NCBI GenBank assembly: GCA_964016885.1
Contig: OZ024740.1
Location: 323,578,001-323,642,000 of the forward strand
Reading direction: 5' to 3'
DNA length: 64,000 bases
Source: Eledone cirrhosa
Lineage: Eukaryota
Below the pieces are notes generated by a model, which saw nothing but the letters and a program-made list of their open reading frames with translations, was not told where the DNA came from and did no database searches. The position numbers were made by a program, and so were the translations under genes. Below, piece by piece: positions 55,421 through 64,000 of this stretch; positions within the stretch are counted from its first letter, which is position 1; each line of letters starts with the position of its first letter.

Positions 55421-56519
55421 TTGTTATACTTGGGGAGGGTCATATTTGTGTAATAATATAGCCAGAATTAATAACAGAACACACTCACTGTTTGGTTGGT
55501 TTTCGCTTTTCGCTTCTGTGTCTTTTATATCGGTAACCTAATTTATTCGGTTCTCAATGTTGCCATTGATTGACCGACGGTCAAAAATAATACAGATACA
55601 ATATAGACACAAACACATATATATAGTTTATCAAAGTTCTTTCGTTGCACATCTGCAACATCGTCAGTGGTGCTATTGTTTCCTCCCGTTACATTGTATG
55701 TCTACGCCATTTTTATTTAGTCTGTCTATATATTTATTTATTTATTTGTTTGTTTATTTTATTTTGTCTTCTTTGCGCATGCGTTTGCGTGTGTGTATAG
55801 TGTTTTGTTTGATGTGTGTTCGTGATCGTATTCTATGTATTCTATGTATTCTATCTTTACTAGTGTGTGTTTATATGTGTTTGTTGTTATTGTGCTTGTG
55901 TATGTATTTATTTATTTATTTATCTATTTATTTATTTATTTATACTTCTCTTAGGTCAGCGCTGTTTGTTTGGGTGTTGTTGTTATTCCATTCATTCTTT
56001 CTGTTTAGTCTTGGCCTTCTAAGTTCTATTTCACTGGTCTCTCTGATTTGCCTATCTGCTGGGTCATTTCTATGTTTAGATATTATTCTAATTTCTATGT
56101 TGTCTATGTTACCGTCGTGTTGTTGGATGGCATGTTCGTATAGTACTGAACCGTTTTTTCGTCCTTTTAGTTCCCCCAGTGTTGGTCTATCCTTTCACCT
56201 ATGCTACGAGCTGTCTCGCCTATGTATGTTGTTGTCATGTTTCTGCAAGTACCCTCTGTACATCTTATGCTATAGACTACGCTTCTAGTTTTACAGTTTA
56301 TCCGGGGGTTTACCTTACATATGATACATTTCCTATTAGTACAGTGGGTTTTCTTAAAAGGGTAGGTTTTGCTGATCAGAGATTTTATGGTTGTTCCTGG
56401 CTTTTCTACCACCTTAATCTTTAAGTGGTCTTTCTCAGGGCCTTTCTACACTGGTTAGCTAATTTCCCTCCAAGGGTAGCGTCCACAAACATGACACTCT
56501 GGTATCTCTGGTTGTCGTA
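55421..56519 (-). mobile_element. Second, 5'-truncated copy of the 19.8-22.0 kb Penelope family (GIY-YIG + 3' region)
   Basis: ORF 56167-56412 (VEKPGTTIKSLISK...YIGETARSIGER) is nearly identical to the 20478 ORF. Confidence 0.9.
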
Positions 56520-57545
56520 TGTGGCTGTGGTCAAGCTAGAAAGAATGTGATTGGCTGCTAATTGTGTATGGTTGATGATATATTTAGTCAGTTTCTACAT
56601 GCTGTCGAAATGTTGGATAAATATACTATATTGGGGCCACCGCGAAGAGGCCACTTTCGGTTATTTGTCGAATATTTCTTCATAAGAGCCTTTCTTCTTA
56701 TAGCTTGGTCTAATTGATTTTTTATATGGTTAATTATGCTAATTGGAAGAAGAAACGGTATATATTTTATCTAATAATTCTAAAGACATGATTTATGATA
56801 TATTGCTCTGATTATTTAATTTATTAATTCTTCATAGAGCTTAAAAGTGACCGGTTGCAACATATATATCTATAACTTTATGTATATGTATATGTAAACC
56901 CTTATATTTAATAATCTCCCGCTAGGTTGAGATTAAATTTGGCGATATTTGGCTGCGCTTTCTAGCAACAAGCCTACCCGCCGTAAGCAGCCAATCACAT
57001 TCTTTCTAGCTTGACCACAGCCACATAGCGATTCTTAGCCATATTTGAATCTAATTTCGGCGCGATCAGGTTGAAAAACTAGATGTCTGATTTTGAGTTT
57101 GTCTCCTGATGAATCCTAACTCAGGACATTCCTATTAATTGGATGTCTAAAAATACGGATGAAACCATGGTAGAGATATAATTACGGTATGTACACATTT
57201 CTTCTAAGTTTAATTTTACACCTAATTGTGTATGATTCATGATATATTTAGTCAGTTTCTACATGCTGTCGAAATGTTGGATAAATATACTATATTGGGG
57301 CCACCACAAAGAGGCCACTTTCGGTTATTTGTCTAAGATTTCTTCATAAGAGCCTTTCTTCTCTAATAGCTTGGTCTAATTGATATTTTATATGGTTAAT
57401 TATGCTAATTGGAAGAAGAAACGGTATATATTTTATCTAATAATTCTAAAGACATGATTTATGATATGTTGCCCTTAGAGCTTAAAAGTGACCGGTTGCA
57501 ACATATATATCTATAACTTTATGTATATGTATATGTAAACCCTTA

Positions 57546-57550
<5 letters not shown>
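56520..57550 (+). mobile_element. About 660-bp HHR-bearing unit, 1.5 tandem copies with a short 5' inversion
   Basis: 56558-56910 repeats at 57222-57550; 56520-56559 is the reverse complement of 56986-57025. Confidence 0.8.
57100..57178 (+). ncRNA. Type I HHR
   Basis: tgtctc-CTGATGA(57106-57112)-atcc...ggat-GAAA-ccatgg-TA-gagata; palindromic helix III. Confidence 0.85.
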
Positions 57551-57581
<31 letters not shown>

Positions 57582-57586
<5 letters not shown>

Positions 57587-58073
57587 ATACTTGGGGAGGG
57601 TCATATTTGTGTAATAATATTGCCAGAATTAATAACAGAACACACTCACTGTTTGGTTGGTTTTCGCTTATGTGTCTTTTATATCGGTTAATTTAATATA
57701 GTCTGTCCTCAATGTTACCATTGACTGACCAAGGGTCAAAAATACAGATACAATATAGTCACAAACACATATATATAGTCTAACAAAGTTCTTTCGTTGC
57801 ACATCTGCAACATCGTCAGTGGTGCTATTATGTTTCCTCCCGTTGTATTGTATGCTTACGCCATCTTTATTTAGTCTGTTTATTTATTTATTTATTTGTT
57901 TATTTTTTTGTGTTCTCTGCGCATGCGTTTGCGTGTGTGTATAGTGTTTTGTTTGATGTGTGTTCGTGTTTGGGTGACTGTGTATTCGTTATTGTATTCT
58001 ATCTTAGTTTACTAGTGTGTGTTTATATGTGTTTGTTGTTATTGTCCTTGTGTATGTATTTATTTATTTATTT
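57582..58073 (-). mobile_element. Third copy (3' end only) of the same Penelope family
   Basis: Reverse complement of about 21540-22031. Confidence 0.85.
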
Positions 58074-58263
58074 ACATACTTATATTTAGGTATGAGCCGT
58101 ACTAAGAGTGAGAAATGAAATTTCGTTTCATTCTGTTCCAGTTATCGTTTTCGGTATGCCCGGCCGACTAACTCACTCGATATGCAAATTAGGCTGCTCA
58201 GCCGTTAATATGCATAAGGAAAGTATATACTTTCAAACGTTCAACCATCTGACAGAAAGGTAT

Positions 58264-58306
58264 ACGATGCTGACGATAGCTAATAAGCTTGAAACTAGTA
58301 CATCGT
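58264..58306 (+). ncRNA. Minimal type I HHR (R436 fragment 58074-58325)
   Basis: acgatg-CTGACGA-t-agct-aata-agct-t-GAAA-ctag-TA-catcgt; perfect 6-bp stem I. Confidence 0.8.
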
Positions 58307-58390
58307 TCCTGTGTCAGTGTTGAACAGGTCATGTCTCTGATTTTTCAACCCCATGGATTTTGTCTATTGTATTTCTTTGTTATATTTCAA

Positions 58391-58448
58391 ATACCTGATG
58401 ATATCATCGGATTCTTACTGAACCCGGTCATTGAAATGATCATAGTAT
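58391..58448 (+). ncRNA. Type I HHR motif, partly degenerate stem II
   Basis: atac-CTGATGA-tatcatcgg..ccggtcatt-GAAA-tgatca-TA-gtat. Confidence 0.65.
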
Positions 58449-58640
58449 AATAAACCTTTCAGTCCAGCCTCCTGTTATTTTATAATAATTAACTCCGTAC
58501 TCGCACCACCAACTACACAAACGAAGACGGGTGAGTTGCATTACGTCGACCGCTTTCCATAATATTACATCGAGGTTGACCATACGGAATGACCAGTTCT
58601 ATCCAATGGTAAACCAACAAACCTAAATATATATATATAG

Positions 58641-58717
<77 letters not shown>

Positions 58718-58729
58718 TAGACAGATATG

Positions 58730-58763
<34 letters not shown>

Positions 58764-58840
58764 GGTGTGTGTGTGAAAGGTAAACAGAAATAACAACACA
58801 ATCGATACAGTATATGGAAGGGATATATTAGGTTAACGCT

Positions 58841-58903
<63 letters not shown>

Positions 58904-58986
58904 GGTTTGTTGGTTTACCATTGGATAGAACTGGTCATTCCGTATGGTCAACCTCGATGTAATATTATGGAAAGCATATATATAAA

Positions 58987-59199
58987 TGCGTGTGGCTGAG
59001 TGGTTAGGGAATTGGATTCGCAATCGTAAGGTTGTGAGTTCGATTTCTGGACCAGGCGCTGCGTTATGTCCTTGAGCAAGACACTTTATTTCACGTTGCT
59101 CCTTCTAGCTGGGGTTGCGACCGATAGATAGTATTAGCAATTGGAAAGACCAACGGAAACATTGTTCCCTCGGTCCGATTTGACGAAAGTCGCTCGTTC

Positions 59200-59202
<3 letters not shown>
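58987..59202 (+). mobile_element. SINE family B
   Basis: gcgtgtggctgagtggttagg...gagttcgatt...tgtccttgagcaagacact; tail like the 34122 copy. Confidence 0.8.
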
Positions 59203-59235
<33 letters not shown>

Positions 59236-59911
59236 TATGGTGGTTCCATGACTCCTGATGCTGTTGTAGGGGCATGGTAGTGGCATACGGCGTCTCTTGG
59301 GTATTCTAAGTCTGGCGGTGCCTATTCTTCTCCAATCTCAACACAACAGATTTCTTCAAGAGAAGGATAGAAAGTGAGAGAGAGAGGGAGGAAGTGATAA
59401 ACAGATATAGAAGAAGAATTGAACCCCAGTACTATATATATGTGTATAGACATGCCTGGTCCTGTACCTCCTAAAGGCGACGTAGAGGAACTGTATTGGA
59501 CACTTTAAGCCTGACGGATCCCATCCATCTCCAGGCCTGAGTACAACAGATTTCTCCCAGAGAAAGATAGAAAGTGAGAGAGGGGAAATGAGAAAGAGAT
59601 ATAGAGGAATAATCCCACCCCAGTACTAGACTGGTACCTTTTTTATCGACCTCAAAAAGATGAATGGAAAAGTTGATCTCGGCGGGATTTGAACTCAGAG
59701 AGCAGAGAACCGGAACGAATACCATAAAGCATTCTATCAGATGTTCTAACGTCTAGAAATCATCAGATGATTTCATACCAATGAAACAGTTCTAGTCCTG
59801 TAGAAGCAATTTCTATATCAAATATTGATCTTTACACCCTACTAATGTATTGAGTACCTTATTTACTGTGGTTATTCCCGATTTATCTCGGCATCTACAT
59901 ATCTATCTACA

Positions 59912-59998
<87 letters not shown>

Positions 59999-61369
59999 CT
60001 ACGTATATTTATATATATACGTGCATACAAATGTGTGTATCTATATATGTACATACATACCGCTTAAATCCGTATCCAGGATTGTTTAACATATTCGTTA
60101 CAGAGTCCGTGTCAGACATTACAGAGAGAAGAGAGGAAGACCCTTTAAATATACTTATTTTAATTGGTAAATTTTTTAGAATTCTATATTCTGTTAGAAT
60201 CTGAAATACTTTTCTTTGTTTATACTTTCTCTATATCAATTAAGTATTTTATTATTTTATTTCTTCTGTTTATTTTTCACATTTCTCTGTATGTATTTTC
60301 TCTATGTTGTTTGTGTTAGGTGTTTCTATAAGATTAGTGTAAAATTCTTACAGAAATACTCTATGTAAATTGTATAGGTTTTACCCGTTGTTGCTGTGGT
60401 TTTCACTGCTATGGTGATGAGTCAATCTGTTTCTACTAAGATCTGCAACCTTTCTTCACCGTCGGTGTATATCCCTTGCTATCTTAAAACATATATATGT
60501 AATCTATTTAGAACCCGATCTGTGAATTCATTTAGGATGTATCTAGTTTTGTAATTTACTTTTCAACGCTTATTCGTAATTCTCTGATATACAACAGATG
60601 AACCAGGAAAAGTTTCATTAAAATCAGGAACCATCAGTGAAACATTAACTGATGTCATAACAATTTCTCCGTTTGGCAGAAAGATGGGAGTCCAGCCTAA
60701 CAACTGGTTTCAGTGATAGCTAAAACCTGTACTACTTAAAGAGGATGTGATATCATGCATTTACATTGTGTAAAACACGTTGCTTAGCGCGTCAACAATT
60801 GATTAATTATGTGACTTGATATGAAGGAGTCTCCATTTTTCTTTGTTAAGATTGCAGTAGCTATATAAATTAATTGGTTTATCTTGGTGATATTCGTGTT
60901 CGTTACTGTTTTTACAGTTCATAATTGTTAACATTTCGGGTCAGGGTTCTTAAGGGGTTTTTATTCTTCTTACCTTTGTATAGTTACCTTTTATCTTTAG
61001 GAAGATATTTCATTTACCCAATAAAAGATTTTATATTGGTTTCATTTTAATTCGTCAACTATTTCTGCCTTAAGTTAATTGTCATATTGCGAAATTCCAT
61101 CTTTAGAATTTTCAACCGTTAGATCTTTTTCATATTCAAATCTATTCATAGTTTTGTTGATAGGGTTGTCATTCAATTATCATTAGTTAATAATGTATAG
61201 GTATATTACTAAGGTTTAAAGGTGGTGCATTATCAAAGTCGTTAGACCATTGGATTAAATATCTTACAATATTTGCTTCGGCTCTCTAATTAGAGAGAGA
61301 TCAAATACTGCTGAGGTCAACTCAATGAAATCAGCTGATAGCTTGATCCGTCCTACACGTGACAGCAGT

Positions 61370-63840
61370 TGTTCGACATGAACTCACGAGTCAACAATAC
61401 TCAGATACTCGACGAGTGTGTGCAATACGGTTTCTTCACTCTGCGTGCATCTGAAACAGGCCCGGTTAATGGCACTTCCATGCCTATAGAATTGATTTAG
61501 AACTGCCAAAGCTCATCGGTAGCACTTGCAGAATAAGAATTTCTGGAATTTATCCATGGTACCTGGAACGAAAGTTCTCCGAAAGAGTGTGGCTAGTTAG
61601 TTTTCGTTGACACCTAGATTTTCCCCCAAGAACTTCAACGCTTTAACCAGTCACAAACCTTCTGTAGACGCCAAGAGGTGGTTTCTATCGGTCGTATTGT
61701 CCCGATTGGTAGAGGGCTGTGAGCACTTGAAACATTTTAATTTCCAAGCCTTCCCGCATGGTCTTCGCTTTGTTCATATGCCTCTAAGGATCAACTCTTA
61801 ATTAACCTTATGATCCTTGAGAACTGCCATAACAAGCAAAAAAATCTAAGTTCTGCGGGGATTGATTACAAAAAGCTTTTGACTGCATACCACATTCATC
61901 GACTCTGAAATCGATGTATATCTCCGAAATTTCTCATGTAAATTCAAACATTCTTAAATATAATATACCATTGTTGAATAAGGATCTCCAGTAATGTAAT
62001 TCCAATGGAGAACTAAGTTGAAACAATACTAGCTTCAGCTGTAGCATTTTCCAAGGTGACACACTTTCAACTCTATGTTTCATAGCTCAAAATACTCTTA
62101 CAATCGAAGTTAACAGAACAAGTTGTGGTTATAAAATTGACAAAAGAAAAATAAGCCATATTATATGTGAATGGCAAGGGCGGTGGATTGGCAGTATCGG
62201 TAGAGGATCTGACGCCATGTTTTGCAGCAAAGAGTTACGGCCTTTTATGGTCTGAGTTCAAATCCCGCCGAGGTTAACTTTGCCTTTCATCCTTACGGGG
62301 TCGATAAAATAAAGTACCAGTAATACACTGGGATAATTGCTGGCCTTGTGCCAAAAGTAGAAACAATTATATATGAATGGCCTAAAACTAGATGGCAAAG
62401 CCAATGATGAGCTTGAACTTTTTTTACATACAGTGAAAACATTCAATGATGACATCGGGTTGGAATTTGGGCTTGGTAAGTGTGTCAATTCCACTTTCAG
62501 GAAAATAAAAGTTGATAAACTCAAATTCAGTCGAACTAGACATTGAAACAGTTATAAAAGATATAAAGGAATAAACCTACAAATACCTAGGTATAAATGA
62601 AGGCTCCGACATGCATAGTTCAAGCATGAAAGAGAAGATAAGAAAGGGGGAATGTTATAGGAGAGTACGAGAAATTTTCAAATCTGAGGTAAATACACAT
62701 AACAAGATGATAGACATAAATTCATTAACAGCTCCAGTTGTTAGTTATAGCTTCAATGTGTTGAACAGGGATATGAGTGAAATAAAGAGAATTGACACAA
62801 ACAATCGTAAGTTGCTGACTTTTAAGAAGATGTACCATCCAGAGGCAGATGGAAACTGTCTTTACCTTCCAAGAACTCAAAGAGGCAGAAGCTTGACCCA
62901 GTTTTAACTGTCTTACAAAACCACCACAATTGAACTGGTCAAATATCTTGAAACTACAAAAGCCTGGATGGTAAAATTCGTTGAAAAATACGAGAGGAGT
63001 AAGAAGCTTTATTCTATCTTGAAAGAGAGCAAACATATTGCTACTGATCTCATGACTGATATCTAGGCTGGACAGACCAGGGGAACTGTGGTAACTGTTG
63101 TTGGAAATCAAGGAAAATTAAAAAGGGCATGAAAAATTGATATCCAGGTGGGAGCAGAAACCTCTGCATGACAAATATGTGGCCTGTAGCAAACGTGATG
63201 ATGTTGACCAGAAGCACACCCATCAGTGGCTACGTAGCTGAGGGCTTAAGGCAGAAAAGGAAGGCTTCATCTTAACTGTCCAAAATCAAAGCTTATAAAC
63301 TCGGAACTATCAAGCCAATGTGATGAGAAACGGAGTAGATCGAAAGTGCTAATTCTGCAATGATACGATTGAAACAGTGAAGCATGTAATTTCTGGATGT
63401 AAAGTTTAGAGCTTTAGTAGAGTATAAAGCATGGCATGACAGAGTTGGCCAATACCTACACTGGTTAATATGTCGATAGTAATGCTATGGTAACTGAGGT
63501 AGAAACTGTAAAGATTCTTTGGGACTTCACTGTACAAACAAACAGAACCATGAAAGCTAACAGACCAGATATTATTGTAAAAGTATGTCTATTGATTGAT
63601 ATGAGCATCCCATGTGATCACAATATTGCGGCAAAAGAATTTGACAGGGCCAGAAAATATAATGACTTACATATTGAAATTGAAGGAAATGTGACATCTC
63701 AAGTTTGTTACAATACCAGTGAATTTAGGAGCGCTAGCACTGATAAAAAATTAAATAATGAATATTGTTTGAGAACAATCCATGGCTTGCCACCTCTGCA
63801 GGAACTGCAAAAGACTGTTTTAACTAGTACGACTCGTATT
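61370..63840 (+). pseudogene. Decayed R4/Dong-type non-LTR retrotransposon (RT, CCHC, restriction-like endonuclease)
   Basis: IDYKK/AFD..PH (61861), IFQGDTLS (about 62046), YKYLGI, LYLPRTQRGRSL, C..C...ETVKHVISGC, ILWDFTVQTNRTMKANRPDIIV..LIDMSIP; many stops and frameshifts. Confidence 0.85.
62176..62369 (+). mobile_element. SINE family A inserted into the LINE RT catalytic region
   Basis: TSD-like tatatgtgaatggc (62162-62175) / tatatatgaatggc (62368-62381). Confidence 0.9.
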
Positions 63841-64000
63841 GAGAAGAGTACTATCACTGTGGGAAAGATAACCGTCTATGTAATTTCTTTACTTTTATTA
63901 GGTTATATTCCATAATTATTTAAGTTGTATATAATTGAGCACTCATATGATGAAATATTATGTTGTAAATAAGATTTTATACAGATAATGTGCACATGGA

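Noticed and set aside
60280-61200. Possible old retroelement coding relic on the minus strand
   Set aside because: No diagnostic motif could be read with confidence.

Overview
AT-rich, repeat-saturated eukaryotic DNA with no recognisable host protein-coding exon. The abundant (TA)n/(CA)n tracts and tRNA-derived SINEs suggest an octopus/cephalopod genome (inference). Almost all ORFs in the supplied track are microsatellite artefacts. Real content: decayed Penelope-like retroelements (RT + GIY-YIG), an R4/Dong-type LINE relic, an RTE 3' fragment, a mariner relic, Helitron-type non-autonomous elements, two SINE families and a 74-bp minisatellite. The main signal is a population of type I hammerhead ribozymes (HHRs: stem I-CUGANGA-stem II-GAAA-short, often palindromic helix III-UH-stem I'). 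They occur in about 10 unrelated short non-coding units, mostly inserted in (TA)n. The centrepiece is a 5.7-kb array (41.67-47.39 kb) of apparently identical 310-bp HHR-bearing monomers. About 10 copies face one way and about 8.4 face the other from one inversion junction. This looks like a Penelope-mobilised retrozyme/circular-RNA system copied by rolling-circle reverse transcription (inference).
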